Positions 1 through 13,727 of a DNA stretch of 64,000 nt are shown in pieces; within the stretch, counting starts at the first letter, position 1, and the number at the start of each line of letters is the position of its first letter. Below the pieces are notes generated by a model that did no database searches, was not told the origin of the DNA, and was given only the letters and a program-made list of their open reading frames with translations. A program made the translations under genes and the position numbers. This stretch comes from Eledone cirrhosa (Eukaryota): positions 1,488,001 through 1,552,000 of the forward strand of contig OZ024764.1 of NCBI GenBank assembly GCA_964016885.1, in the 5' to 3' direction.

Positions 1-306
1 AGTTGCCTTCTCCTAGAAAAAGGCCCTGACAAAGGCTAGGGGTCCTTCACTCCCAGTGGTTTAACCGCGCGATCAGGTGTCCAGCCCGATTATTTCTATG
101 TCCCCGCGCATGTACATACACATGCACCCATGTATATACACATATATATATATACATACATATGTGTATATACATATTTACATACTTTTGGATGGCCGTT
201 GACTCTTATGAGATCTTCCGCCCTTTGTCAGGTTTTGTTTTTTGTCCTGCAGGGTGTCCAAATCACCCTCCTCCCCAAGTAAACTTGGTGGGGTTGCCGG
301 TTTAGT
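1..306 (-). mobile_element. Non-coding dispersed repeat resembling an RTE-type LINE 5' UTR, interrupted by a TA/CA microsatellite; runs off the window edge
   Basis: 1-90 and 190-306 are reverse-complement matches to 32870-32960 and 32235-32350. The RTE assignment is inferred from the motifs ggcaacccc and tctaggagaaggtaactc. Confidence 0.6.
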
Positions 307-321
307 ATATATATACATACA

Positions 322-355
<34 letters not shown>

Positions 356-369
356 CATAAATATGAATA

Positions 370-401
<32 letters not shown>

Positions 402-468
402 AATATATAAATATGAATAAATATATATATATAAATATATATATAAATATATAAATATATATATATAT

Positions 469-1122
469 AAATATTGTTATACTTGGGGAGGGTCATATTT
501 GTGTAATATTGCCAGAATTAATAACAGAACACACTCACTAAGGGAAGTATAAATAAATAGATAAATAAATAAATAAATACATACACAAGCACAATAACAA
601 CAAACACATATAAACACACACTAGTAAAGATAGAATACATTAATCAATACACAGTCACCCAATCACGAACACACATCAAACAAAACACTATACACACACC
701 CAAACGCATGCGTAAAGAAGACAAAATAAAATAAAATAAACTAATAAATAAATATATAAACAGACTAAATAAAGATGGCGTAGAAAATACAATGCAACGG
801 GAGGAATCTATAGCACCACTGACGATGTTGCAGATGTGCAACGAAAGAACTTTGATAAACTATATATATATGTGTTTGTGTCTATATTGTATCTGTATTA
901 TTTTTGACCGTTGGTCAGTCAATGGCAACATTGAGGACCGAATAAATTAGATTACCGATATAAAAGACACAGAAGCGAAAAGCGAAAACCAACCAAGCAG
1001 TGAGTGTGTTCTGTTATTAATTCTGGCAATATTACACAAATATGACCCTCCCCAAGTATAACAATATTTGTTTCGACACACGATTTCATATAAAAAACCT
1101 CGCAAATCTAATTCATCGCCGT
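469..1122 (+). mobile_element. Penelope-like element remnant: pseudo-LTR, ORF-start tail and a short inverted copy
   Basis: 469-539 is the reverse complement of 999-1069. The tail encodes [28 protein letters not shown], homologous to [28 protein letters not shown] at 59912-59996. Contains an HHR; flanked by (TA)n. Confidence 0.85.
814..857 (+). ncRNA. Minimal type I hammerhead ribozyme
   Basis: CUGACGA-U-GUUGCA(GAUG)UGCAAC-GAAA-GAAC-UU. Stem II is a perfect 6 bp; stem I is only partly paired. Confidence 0.75.
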
Positions 1123-1149
1123 TATATATATATATTTATATACCCGACC

Positions 1150-1476
1150 TCCCATGGGTACAAGCTGAAGCATATAGACAATATGCCCCCACACCCTCCC
1201 ACAGCAAAGTGGCCGTGGAGGTGCCACGGCAAAAAAGCACCCAGCCCACACTGTAAAGTGGACGTGTAGGCCCCACGGAAAAAAGCACCCAGCACTCACT
1301 GTAAATGAGGTTGGTGTTAGGAAGGGCATCCAGCTGTAGAAATCAAGCCAAAATCAGTTCCTGTATGAGCAAGACATGGTCAGCCGACCAGACACTGCCT
1401 ACAACAGGACAACCCGTCTAACCCATGCTAGCATGGAAGAACGGACGTAAAACGGTGATGATGATGGTGATGATGA
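1150..1476 (+). mobile_element. SINE 3' portion with a tandemly repeated 48-49 nt module and (GAT)n tail
   Basis: Matches 9535-9836 and the 3' half of the SINE at 17867-18212. Confidence 0.8.
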
Positions 1477-1987
1477 TATAAATATATAAATATATATATA
1501 AATGTATAAATAAATATATATATATAAATATATAAATATATAAATATATATATAAATATATAAATATATATATAAATATATAAATAATATAAATATATAT
1601 ATATAAATATATAAATATATATATAAATATATAAATATATATATAAATATATAAATATATATATATATAAATATATATATATTATAAGACAGATTAAAGT
1701 ATTATTATTATAAATATATATATATATATCTCTCATTATCATACATATATATATATATATGTATATGATGGTGATATATATATATATATATGATGATAAT
1801 GATATATATATATATATATATACATACATGTACACATATGTTTCTATGATAATCAATATATTTGTTAATTGATTTTCTTCATGAAATATTAACTGTATAA
1901 TTACATGCACATTGTATTTTTGTATACATTTATATATATATATATATATATTTGTATATATATATATTTGTATATGTGTCTATATAC

Positions 1988-2019
<32 letters not shown>

Positions 2020-2070
2020 GTATATACATATTTGTATATGTATATACATATTTGGATATGTATATATATT

Positions 2071-2123
<53 letters not shown>

Positions 2124-2160
2124 ATATGTGTATATATACATATATATATATTTGTATATG

Positions 2161-2203
<43 letters not shown>

Positions 2204-2288
2204 GTATATACATATTTGTATATGTATATATATATTTGCGTATATATATATTTGTATGTATATATATATTTGTATATATATATATTTG

Positions 2289-2328
<40 letters not shown>

Positions 2329-2406
2329 TATAATTGTATATATATATTTGTATGTATATATATTTGTATATATATATACATATATATATTTGTATATATA
2401 TATATA
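1477..2406. repeat. (TA)n-type microsatellite blocks
   Basis: Directly visible; source of the spurious Ile/Tyr ORFs. Confidence 0.95.
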
Positions 2407-2655
2407 GAGTGCTTTATATCAGTTATAAAAATGTTTAAGCTTGTTGAATCCCAACACATTAAATATAACCTCTGCATATATATATATTTGTATATTTATC
2501 ATCATCATCATCATCGTGTAATGTCCATCTTCCACGCTAGCATGGGTTAGACGGTTTTGTTCCATCTGATGCGGGAATGGTCAGGAGACGTGCCTCACTC
2601 GTATGGAAGTGTCTCCGGCAGGTTTTCTACGGCAGGATGCCCTTCCTAACACCAG

Positions 2656-4093
2656 CCACTTTACAGTGTGGACTGGGAGCCTTTTTACTGTGTCTCCTAC
2701 ATGACCACTTTACAGTGTGGACTGGGAGTCTTTTTACTGTGTCTCCTACATGACCACTTTACAGTGTGGACTGGGAGTCTTTTTACTGTGTCTCCTACAT
2801 GACCACTTTACAGTGTGGACTGGGAGTCTTTTTACTGTGTCTCCTACACGACCACTTTACAATGTGGACTGGGAGCCTTTTTACCGTGTCTCCTACATGA
2901 CCACTTTACAGTGTGGACTGGGAGCCTTTTTACTGAGTCTCCTACATGACCACTTTACAGTGTGGACTGGGAGCCTTTTTACTGTGTCTCCTACATGACC
3001 ACTTTACAGTGTGGACTGGGAGCCTTTTTACTGTGTCTCCTACATGACCACCTTACAGTGAGGACTGGGAGCCTTTTTACTGTGTCTCCTACATGACCAC
3101 TTTACAGTGTGGACTGGGAACCTTTTTACTGTGTCTCCTACATGACCACTTTACAGTGTGGACTGGGAACCTTTTTACTGTGTCTCCTACACGACCACTT
3201 TACAGTGTGGACTGGGAGCCTTTTTACTGTGTCTCCTACACAACCACCTTACAGTGTGGACTGGGAGCCTTTTTACTGTGTCTCCTACATGACCACCTTA
3301 CAGTGTGGATTGGGAGCCTTTTTACTGTGTCTCCTACACAACCACCTTACAGTGTGGACTGGGAGCCTTTTCACCGTGTCTCCTACATGACCACTTTACA
3401 GTGTAGACTGGGAGCCTTTTTACTGTGTCTCCTACATGACCACTTTACAGTGTGGACTGGGAGCCTTTTTACTGTGTCTCCTACATGACCACTTTTCAGT
3501 GTGGACTGGGAGCCTTTTTACCCTGTCTCCTACATGACCACCTTACAGTGTGGACTGGGAGCCTTTTTACTGTGTCTCCTACATGACCACTTTACAGTGT
3601 GGACTGGGAGCCTTTTTACCATGTCTCCTACATGACCACTATACAGTGTGGACTGGGAACCTTTTTACCGTGTCTCCTACATGACCACTTTACAGTGTGG
3701 ACTGGGAGCCTTTTTACTGTGTCTCCTACATGACCACTTTACAGTGTGGACTGGGAGCCTTTTTACCATGTCTCCTACATGACCACTTTACAGTGGACTG
3801 GGAACCTTTTTACCATGTCTCCTACATGACCACTATACAGTGTGGACTGGGAACCTTTTTACCGTGTCTCCTACATGACCACTTTACAGTGTGGACTGGG
3901 AGCCTTTTTACTGTGTCTCCTACATGACCACTTTACAGTGTGGACTGGGAGCCTTTTTACCATGTCTCCTACATGACCACTATACAGTGTGGACTGGGAA
4001 CCTTTTTACCGTGTCTCCTACATGACCACTTTTCAGTGTGGACTGGGAGCCTTTTTACTGTGTCTCCTACATGACCATTCTATAGTGTGGACT
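2656..4093. repeat. 49-bp minisatellite, ~29 copies, growing out of a - strand SINE 3' end (2498-2660)
   Basis: Unit ccactttacagtgtggactgggagcctttttactgtgtctcctacatga, period 49; homologous to the SINE internal module. Confidence 0.95.
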
Positions 4094-4319
4094 GTTGTGT
4101 CATCGACGCAGTGGATGGAACGGGTGAGGGAGGATGGGGTAGGGTGTGGGGGTGGGGTGTACAAATATATATATATTTATACCTATTTATACCTAATTTT
4201 ATTAATGTTTCCAGACTCTCACAGTCTCATCTTCAGGTGCATTCTAGGTTTGTGTGTACTGCCTCTCTTATTATAATAGGCATGTCCACACTGTAAAAGG
4301 GTCCTGTAGGTGTCACAAC

Positions 4320-4340
4320 AAACACACACAGACGTCCACT

Positions 4341-4377
<37 letters not shown>

Positions 4378-4989
4378 ACACACAGACGTCCACTCATACA
4401 CACACACACACACACAGAGACAGTCACACACACACAGACACACAGACACACACACACAAATGTCCACACAGACAGACTGACAGACAGACACACAGACAGC
4501 CACACACACTCACAGACCTCCACACAGACACACACACACACACACACACAGACAGACGTCCACACAGACACACACACATACGTCCACACACACACACACA
4601 CAGACAGCCACACAGACACACACACACACACAGACGTCCACACAGACACACACACACACAGACAGACGTCCACACACACACACACACACACACAGACAGA
4701 CGTCCACACACACACACACACAGACAGACGTCCACACACACACACACAGACAGACGGCCACACAGAGACACACACACACAGACAGACAGACAGACAGACT
4801 GACTGACAGACAGACAGACAGACTGACAGACAGACACAGAGAGCCACACACACTCACAGACCTCCACACAGACACACACACAGACGTCCACACACACACA
4901 CACACACAGACGTCCACACACACACACACACACAGACAGCCACACACACACACACACACACAGACATCCACACACACACACACAGACAG

Positions 4990-5033
<44 letters not shown>

Positions 5034-5099
5034 ACAGACAGCCACACACACACACACAGACAGCCACACACACACACAGACACACACACACAGACACAG

Positions 5100-5131
<32 letters not shown>

Positions 5132-5188
5132 AGACACACACACACACACACACACACAGACACACACACACACACAGACACAGACACA

Positions 5189-5232
<44 letters not shown>

Positions 5233-5238
5233 GAGAGA
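4320..5238. repeat. (CA)n/(CAGA)n compound microsatellite
   Basis: Directly visible; recurring gacgtccacac punctuation. Confidence 0.95.
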
Positions 5239-5361
5239 CATAATTGTGTCTATAAAAACATGGCTGGTTCTTTGATTTCTGAATATATTTGAATTGCTCT
5301 GACATCATTAGGAGAGGAACGGTGTGTGGGTCGGTGTGCGGGGGGGGGGGGGGGGCGGGGG

Positions 5362-6607
5362 CATCACCATCATCATCATCACCATCACCATCATTACCAT
5401 CACCATCACCATTATGACCATCATCACTACCACTCCTATCAACACCAACTCATCACCATCATCACTATAATCATCATCATCATCATCATCACCACCACCA
5501 CCACCACACCACCACCACACCATCACCACCACCACCACCACCACCACACCATCACCACCACCACCACACCACCACCACACCATCACCACCACCACACCAC
5601 CACCACACCACCACCACCACACCACCACCACCACCACACCATCACCACCACCACCATCACCACCACCACACCATCACCACCACCATCACCACCACCACCA
5701 CCACCACCACACCATCACCACCACCACCACACCACCACCATCACCACCACCACACCACCACCACCATCATCACCACCACCACACCATCACCACCACCACC
5801 ATCACCACCACCACCACACCATCACCACCACACCACTACCACCACCACACCACCACCACCACACCACCACACCATCACTACCACACCACCACCACCACCA
5901 CCACCACACCACCACCATCATCACCACCACACCACCATCACCACCACACCACCATCACCACTACACCACCACCACACCACCACACCACCACCACCACACC
6001 ACCACCACCATCACCACCACACCACCATCACCACCACACCACCACCACCACACCACCACCACCACACCACCACCACACCACCACACCACCACCACCACAC
6101 CACTACACCACCACCACCACACCATCACCACCACCACCATCACCACCACCACACCACCACCACATCACCACCACACCACCAACACCACCACCACCAGACC
6201 ACCACCACCACACCATCACCACCACACCATCACCACCACACCACCACCACATCACCACCACACCACCACCATCAGCACCACACCACCACCATCACCACCA
6301 CCACACCACCACCACATCACCACCATCACCACCACCACCACCACACCACCACCACGTCACCACCACACCACCATCACCACCACCACACCACCACCACATC
6401 ACCACCACACACCACCACCACCAACATCACCACCACCACACCACCACCACCATCACCACAACCACACCACCACCACCAATACCACCACCACCACACCATC
6501 ACCACCACCACCATCACCACCACCACACCACCAACACCACCACCATCACCACCACACCACCACATCACCACCAACACCAACACCACCCCCACCACCACTA
6601 TCACCAT
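5362..6607. repeat. (CAC)n/(CAT)n low-complexity tract
   Basis: Directly visible. Confidence 0.95.
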
Positions 6608-6655
6608 CTAAAAGTCTAATGTCAGTCTTAAGCCAGAAGTCTCATTTGGCCGGTG

Positions 6656-7085
6656 TTTATCCCAGTTTCATGGTGTGAAGTGAGTGAGAGTACAAGACTT
6701 CCCCCTGGACAGGACACCAGTCCAACACAGGGTTAAACCCCCAGCTATTGCTGGTACTTATCCCGGTTTCATGGTGTGAAGTGAGTGAGAGTACAAGACT
6801 TCCCCCTGGACAGGACACCAGTCCAACACAGGGTTAAACCCCCAGCTATTGCTGGTACTTATCCCGGTTTCATGGTGTGAAGTGAGTGAGAGTACAAGAC
6901 TTCCCCCTGGACAGGACACCAGTCCAACACAGGGTTAAACCCCCAGCTATTGCTGGTACTTATCCCAGTTTCATGGTGTGAAGTGACTGAGAGTACAAGA
7001 CTTCCCCCTGGACAGGACACCAGTCCATCGCAGGGTTAAACTCCCAGCTATTGCTGGTACTTATTTTCAGCTGAGTATACTGGAA
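6656..7085. repeat. 101-bp tandem repeat, ~4 copies, probably from a SINE central domain
   Basis: Unit ttatcccagtttcatggtgtgaag...cccccagctattgctggtac. The last copy runs into tattttcagctgagt, which is SINE-like. Family assignment is inferred. Confidence 0.85.
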
Positions 7086-7195
7086 AAACATTTTTTCCAA
7101 CTCCGCCCTGCCCATCACTTTAATCTTTCTTCTGATGAAGGATTAGTGTCTGAAACATTAAGTGACTACCAAGCATCTTTTTCACTGATTATATA

Positions 7196-7472
7196 TCATC
7201 ATCATCATCATCATTTTACATCCGCTTCTCCCTGCTTGCAAGGGTGGGACGGGAACTGATTCTGGCTTGATTTCTACAGCTGGATACCCTTCCTAACACC
7301 AACCTCATTTACAGAGAGTGCTGGGTGCTTTTTTGCCGTGGCACCTCCACGACCACTTTACAGTGGAATGATAGGGACCCCAGTCCCTATCATCTCATTT
7401 CTACAGCTGAGTAAACTGGAGCAATGTGAAATAAAGTGTCTTGCTCAAGGAAACAACACATCACCCGGTCTG
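7196..7472 (-). mobile_element. 5'-truncated tRNA/CORE-type SINE
   Basis: Reverse complement of 17935-18212. Confidence 0.9.
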
Positions 7473-7526
7473 ATGTATATATGATGTATATATATATGAT
7501 ATATGTATATATATATATATAATATA

Positions 7527-9515
7527 CAGGGTGGTCGCTAGAAAAGCGGAAAATTTGTCAAACTGTGATTTATTTTTTACAAAGACTGATGTTACAAAGC
7601 ATTACATTCACAAATACTCAAGATGTCGATCGTGTGCTTCATGACAGCGTCTTAACCTGAGTCACATGTTTCGTCCGAAATTCGTTTCTTTCGACCCATC
7701 CCTTGTCGAAGAGCACTATCTGTTTTATGTCTTTCTCGTTTCAAAATTACAACAACATTATCAAACTGATGACTTGTGATCATTGAAAAAAAATTGGGTA
7801 ACTTGGTTAACCCTTTAGTATTTACATTTTTCTATATTTACTATTGTATTTTCACAGTAAAGGCTTTACCTCACATAATACCTCACATAACATTTACATT
7901 ACTCTATATATACTATTGTATTTTCACAGTAAAGGCTTTACCTCACATAATATCTCACATAACATTTACATTACTCTATATATACTATTGTATTTTCACA
8001 GTAAAGGCTTTACCTCACATAATATCTCACATAACATTTACATTACTCTATATATACTATTGTATTGTCACAGTAAAGGCTTTACCTCACATAATATCTC
8101 ACATAACATTTACATTACTCTATATATACTATTGTATTGTCACAGTAAAGGCTTTACCTCACATAATATCTCACATAACATTTACATTACTCTATATATA
8201 CTATTGTATTGTCACAGTAAAGGCTTTACCTCACATAATATCTCACATAACATTTACATTACTCTATATATACTATTGTATTGTCACAGTAAAGGCTTTA
8301 CCTCACATAATATCTCACATAACATTTACATTACTCTATATATACTATTGTATTGTCACAGTAAAGGCTTTACCTCACATAATATCTCACATAACATTTA
8401 CATTACTCTATATATACTATTGTATTGTCACAGTAAAGGCTTTACCTCACATAATACCTCACATAACATTTACATTACTCTATATATACTATTGTATTGT
8501 CACAGTAAAGGCTTTAGCTCACATAATACCTCACATAACATTTACATTACTCTATATATACTATTGTATTGTCACAGTAAAGGCTTTACCTCACATATCT
8601 CACATAACATTTACATTACTCTATATATACTATTGTATTTTCACAGTAAAGTCTTTACCTCACATAATATCTCACATAACATTTACATTACTCTATATAT
8701 ACTATTGTATTGTCACAGTAAAGGCTTTACCTTACATAATACCTCACATAACATTTACATTACTCTATATATACTATTGTATTGTCACAGTAAAGGCTTT
8801 ACCTCACATAATGTCTCTCATAACATTTACATTACTCTATATATACTATTGTATTGTCACAGTAAAGGCTTTACCTCACATATCTCACATAACATTTACA
8901 TTACTCTATATATACTATTGTATTGTCACAGTAAAGTCTTTACCTCACATAATATCTCACATAACATTTACATTACTCTATATATACTATTGTATTTTCA
9001 CAGTAAAGGCTTTACCTCACATAATATCTCACATAACATTTACATTACTCTATATATACTATTGTATTTTCGTAGTAAAGGCTTTATCTTACAAAATTAT
9101 CTCACATAACATTGAATCTATGAGATTTTGATGTTATTTATTTTGAGAACAATATCTTAACATCAGTATGAGTGACCAGTTACAGCTGGTTTGAACAGAA
9201 AAAGGTGAGAGAATTCTGGCCAGACACAGCCGGTTAAACATTTTGTCACTCCCTAAGTCGGATTTTTACTTTTGAACAGAACAATCACCTGCCTTTGACA
9301 GTCTGAAAGTTGTTTCCTCTTGCTGCTTCTGTCCATGATGTGGGTACCAAAATCGAAATCAAAGAAGTGAATAAGCAAGATGTAATGAAATCAATGCTTG
9401 TTGTGATTGCACACCCATTTGACAACAAAAGAACCAATTAAAAGCCATCAATCACGGATTTTATTGATGATCTAAACTGACCTTCATATTTTCCGCTTTT
9501 CCAGCGACCACCCTG
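7527..9515 (-). mobile_element. Internally deleted Tc1/mariner-superfamily transposon with a nested MITE
   Basis: TIRs CAGGGTGGTCGCT(A/G)GAAAAGCGGAAAAT at both ends, TA flanks. The - strand has relic MDRSSKRKQLSDCQRQVIVLFKSKNPT* (~9338-9255), GMGRKKRISDE and a C-terminal LRRCHEAHDRHLEYL*. Confidence 0.8.
7807..9237 (+). mobile_element. TTAA-flanked (piggyBac-like) MITE carrying a 72-bp tandem array, ~18 copies
   Basis: Starts TTAACCCTTTAG; 72-bp period; 3' unique part matches 36330-36480; right terminus incomplete. Confidence 0.8.
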
Positions 9516-9534
9516 TATATATATATATATATAA

Positions 9535-9836
9535 GCATATAGACAATATGGCCCCAACCCCTCCCACTGCAAAGTGGTCATGGAGGTGCCACGGCAAAAA
9601 AGCACCCAGCCCACACTGTAAAGTGGTCGTGGAGGTGCCACGGCAGAAAAGCACCCGGCACTCACTGTAAATGAGGTTGGTGTTAGGAAGGGAATCCAGC
9701 TGTAGAAATCAAGCCAGAATCAGTTCCTGTACGAGCAAGACAAGGTCAGCCGACCGGACACTGCCCACAACAGGACAACCCGTCTAACCCATGCTAGCGT
9801 GGAAGAACGGACGCAAAACGGTGATGATGATGATGA
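9535..9836 (+). mobile_element. SINE 3' portion
   Basis: Matches 1170-1476. Confidence 0.85.
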
Positions 9837-9873
<37 letters not shown>

Positions 9874-10012
9874 GTGTTAAACAATATTCAATGATTATGT
9901 CAAAGAATGTGTTTTACAGTAGATTGGAAGCACTCAACGGACAAATTATTTTCTGGAGTTATTAATATTAAAATACAAATATTAATAAAATAAATGTTCT
10001 TTTGATCAATTA

Positions 10013-10067
10013 CATTTTATTATACATATTTTGGATGTACAACAGTACGTCCTCATCAGACAAAATA
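10013..10067 (-). ncRNA. Hammerhead ribozyme motif (GAAA mutated to AAAA) in a short inverted-arm element, 9870-10582
   Basis: UAUUUUGU-CUGAUGA-GGACGUAC(UGUU)GUACAUCC-AAAA-UAUGUA-UA/AUAAAAUG. An inverted partial copy from 10158 retains GAAA. Confidence 0.8.
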
Positions 10068-10221
10068 TAATGATACATCACATACCCTGAGATGTTAAAT
10101 GGTTAAGATTTAATCAAGGTAGTGCATATATATATATATATCATCATTTTTTTTCATGTACTGTTGTACATCCGAAATATGTATAATAAAATGTAATTGA
10201 TCAAAAGAACATCTATTTTAT

Positions 10222-10556
10222 TCATCATCATCATTTTACGTCCGCTTTTCCCTGCTTGCAAGGGTGGGACGGGAACCGATACTGGATTGATTTCTACAGC
10301 TGGATGCCCTTCCTAACACCAACCTCATTTACAGTGAGTGCTGGGTGCTTTGTTGCCGTGGCACCTTCACGACCATTTTGCAGTGGAATGATAGGGACCC
10401 CAGTCCCTATCATCTCATTTCTACAGCTGAGTAAACTGGAACAATGTGAAATAAAGTGTCTTGCTCAAGGAAACAACACATCACCCGGTCCGAGAATTGA
10501 ACTCACAACCTTTCGATTGCAAGACCAATGCTCTAACCACTATGCCATATGCCTCC
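10222..10556 (-). mobile_element. Full-length tRNA/CORE-type SINE
   Basis: Reverse complement of 17867-18212; inserted into the right arm of the HHR element. Confidence 0.9.
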
Positions 10557-10597
10557 ATTTATTAATACTTATATTTTAATATCTATCTATATATATA

Positions 10598-10907
10598 TGT
10601 AGGCAACACGGTAAAAACCTCCCAGTCCCACACTGTAAATGTGGTTGGTGTTAGGAAGGGCATCCAGCTGTAGAAAACCCGCCAGACAGTCCACGCTGTA
10701 ATGTGGCCGTGTAGGCAACACGGTAAAAACCTCCCAGTCCCACACTGTAAATGTGGTTGGTGTTAGGAAGGGCATCCAGCTGTAGAAAACCTGCCAGACA
10801 GTCCTATGCGAGCAAGACAACCACTCTTGCCTCAAGTGGGAAAACTCCTGTCCAAACACATGCAAGCGTAGAACATGGACGTTAAACGACGATGATGATG
10901 ATGATGA
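10598..10907 (+). mobile_element. SINE-related 3' fragment with a 112-bp internal duplication
   Basis: Matches 55396-55870 and 14100-14320 in reverse. Confidence 0.8.
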
Positions 10908-11090
10908 TATATATATAACTAACAAATAGTTTATCATTCTACATGGGTGATTACAAAAAATGTAATCTGAGTTTTTTTAATATTAAATGAAAATATTTGA
11001 TTCGTTTGCAATTATGCCAACAGTCTCTTTAAGCCATGTCAGTAGAATGACCCCATCATTCTGGCTCTTGTGTTGGCATGTAAACAGAAT

Positions 11091-11133
11091 GGCAGACACT
11101 AATGTTTCTGGGTCATTACCCTTCATCAGTACT
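11091..11133 (-). ncRNA. Hammerhead ribozyme motif
   Basis: GUA-CUGAUGA-AGGG(UAAUGA)CCCA-GAAAC-AUUAGU-GUC/UGC; canonical GUC site; stem I is short. Confidence 0.65.
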
Positions 11134-11697
11134 GTATACTGCTTACTACACACATACACACTTACAGATACATATATACAAACATATATATATATATATT
11201 CATATATATGTATATATATGTGTATATATATACGTGTACAGATACAGGCACACATACATATATAGAAACAAACAAACAGATAGATAGATAGAAAAATAGA
11301 TAATGATAGATAGATAGATAGATATAGAGGTAGATATAGAGATATAGAGGTAGATAGGTAGGTAGATGTAGAGATATAGAGAGAGATATATGCAAAAGCA
11401 GCTTATTATTGTGAGAATTAGCTTCAACTAGACACAGTTTGATTCTGTGCCAAAGACAGTGACTGTTGAAGCTGGCCATTAAATGAGAGAATTTGGCCAA
11501 GAGAAAACCTCTAAATTTACCATTCCTTGACTTAAAGATGGTCCCAGATTAACATGGAGCGGGACGGGAGCTCCATGTTGTTACAATAACTACCCCTCCC
11601 TTCCCAGCGACAAGATTTTAACTATCAAGAACTAAACCATTATGTTAAATATCTCTTGGTGCTGGTCGTGTTGGTATATATGAGTGTGTGTGTGTAT

Positions 11698-13708
11698 GTA
11701 TGTGGCCTAGTGGTAAGGGTGTTGGACTGGATGGTGTGTGGCCTATTGGTTAGGGTGTTGGACTGGTTGGTGTGTGGTCTAGTGGTGAGGGTGTTGGACT
11801 GGTTGGTGTGTGGTCTAGTGGTTAGGGTGTTGGACTGGTTGGTGTGTGGTCTAGTGGTTAGGGTGTTGGACTGGTTGGTGTGTGGTCTAGTGGTAAGGGT
11901 GTTGGACTGGTTGGTGTGTGGTCTAGTGGTAAGGGTGTTGGACTGGATGGTGTGTGGCCTAGTGGTTAGGGTGTTGGACTGGTTGGTGTGTGGTCTAGTG
12001 GTTAGGGTGTTGGACTGGTTGGTGTGTGGTCTAGTGGTAAGGGTGTTGGACTGGTTGGTGTGTGGTCTAGTGGTTAGGGTGTTGGACTGGTTGGTGTGTG
12101 GTCTAGTGGTAATGGTGTTGGACTGGTTGGTGTGTGGTCTAGTGGTAAGGGTGTTAGACTGGATGGTATGTGGCCTAGTGGTTAGGGTGTTGGACTGGTT
12201 GGTGTGTGGTCTAGTGGTTAGGGTGTTGGACTGGTTGGTGTGTGGTCTAGTGGTTAGGGTGTTAGACCGGTTGGTGTGTGGTCTAGTGGTTAGGGTGTTG
12301 GAGTGGATGGTGTGTGGTCTAATGGTAAGGGTGTTGGACTGGTTGGTGTGTGGTCTAGTGGTTAGGGTGTTGGAGTGGATGGTGTGTGGTCTAATGGTAA
12401 GGGTGTTGGACTGGTTGGTGTGTGGTCTAGTGGTTAGGGTGTTGGAGTGGATGGTGTGTGGTCTAATGGTAAGGGTGTTGGACTGGTTGGTGTGTGGTCT
12501 AGTGGTACGGGTGTTGGACTGGATGGTGTGTGGTCTAGTGGTTAGGGTGTTGGACTGGTTGGTGTGTGGTCTAGTGGTTAGGGTGTTAGACCGGTTGGTG
12601 TGTGGTCTAGTGGTTAGGGTGTTGGAGTGGATGGTGTGTGGTCTAATGGTAAGGGTGTTGGACTGGTTGGTGTGTGGTCTAGTGGTTAGGGTGTTGGAGT
12701 GGATGGTGTGTGGTCTAATGGTAAGGGTGTTGGACTGGTTGGTGTGTGGTCTAGTGGTACGGGTGTTGGACTGGATGGTGTGTGGTCTAGTGGTTAGGGT
12801 GTTGGACTGGTTGGTGTGTGGTCTAGTGGTTAGGGTGTTAGACCGGTTGGTGTGTGGTCTAGTGGTTAGGGTGTTGGAGTGGATGGTGTGTGGTCTAATG
12901 GTAAGGGTGTTGGACTGGTTGGTGTGTGGTCTAGTGGTTAGGGTGTTAGACCGGTTGGTGTGTGGTCTAGTGGTTAGGGTGTTGGAGTGGATGGTGTGTG
13001 GTCTAATGGTAAGGGTGTTGGACTGGTTGGTGTGTGGTCTAGTGGTTAGGGTGTTGGACTGGAGGGTATGTGGCCTAGTGGTTAGGGTTTTGGACTGGTT
13101 GGTGTGTGACCTAGTGGTTAGGGTGTTGGACTGGTTGGTGTGTGGTCTAGTGGTTAGGGTGTTGGACTGGTTGGTGTGTGGTTTAGTGGTTAGGGTGTTG
13201 GACTGGTTGGTGTGTGGTCTAGTGGTTAGGGTGTTGGAGTGGATGGTGTGTGGTCTAATGGTAAGGGTGTTGGACTGGTTGGTGTGTGGTCTAGTGGTTA
13301 GGGTGTTGAAGTGGATGGTGTGTGGTCTAATGCTAAGGGTGTTGGACTGGTTGGTGTGTGGTCTAGTGGTTAGGGTGTTGGAGTGGATGGTGTGTGGTAT
13401 AGTGGTTAGGGTGTTGGACTGGATGGTGTGTGGTCTAGTGGTTAGGGTGTTGGACTGGATGGTGTATGGTCTAATAGTAAGGGTGTTGGACTGGTTGGTG
13501 TGTGGTCTAGTGGTTAGGGTGTTGGACTGGATGGTGTGTGGTCTAGTGGTTAGGGTGTTGGACTGGATGGTGTGTGGTCTAATGGTAAGGGTGTTGGACT
13601 GGTTGGTGTGTGGTTTAGTGGTTAGGGTGTTAGACTGGTTGGTGTGTGGTCTAGTGGTAAGAGTGTTGGACTGGATGGTGTGTGGTCTAGTGGTTAGGGT
13701 GTTGGACT
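11698..13708. repeat. 36-bp G/T-rich minisatellite, ~56 copies
   Basis: Unit gactggttggtgtgtggtctagtggttagggtgttg; contains an A-box-like TGGTCTAGTGG and TTAGGG. Confidence 0.95.
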
Positions 13709-13727
13709 TATGATCATGATGTTGTAT

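Noticed and set aside
4215-4247. Possible 33-nt exon (ccag|ACTCTC...CTAG|gtttgt)
   Set aside because: Splice signals are plausible but it is too short to assess and no partner exons were identified
7125-7175. CTGATGA-AGGA..TCT-GAAAC hammerhead-like motif
   Set aside because: Resembles the 11091 motif, but the cleavage triplet is altered and stem I does not pair; at most a relic
7765-7795. CTGATGA...GAAA inside the Tc1-like relic
   Set aside because: No convincing stems; likely a chance match
7776-9131. 451-aa and 421-aa repeat ORFs, with similar ones at 35348-36373
   Set aside because: Open in two frames because the 72-bp unit lacks stops; they lie inside a MITE
11656-13713. 685-aa ORF of LVCGLVVRVLDW repeats
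   Set aside because: Read-through of a stop-free 36-bp minisatellite; no ATG start or unique coding flanks
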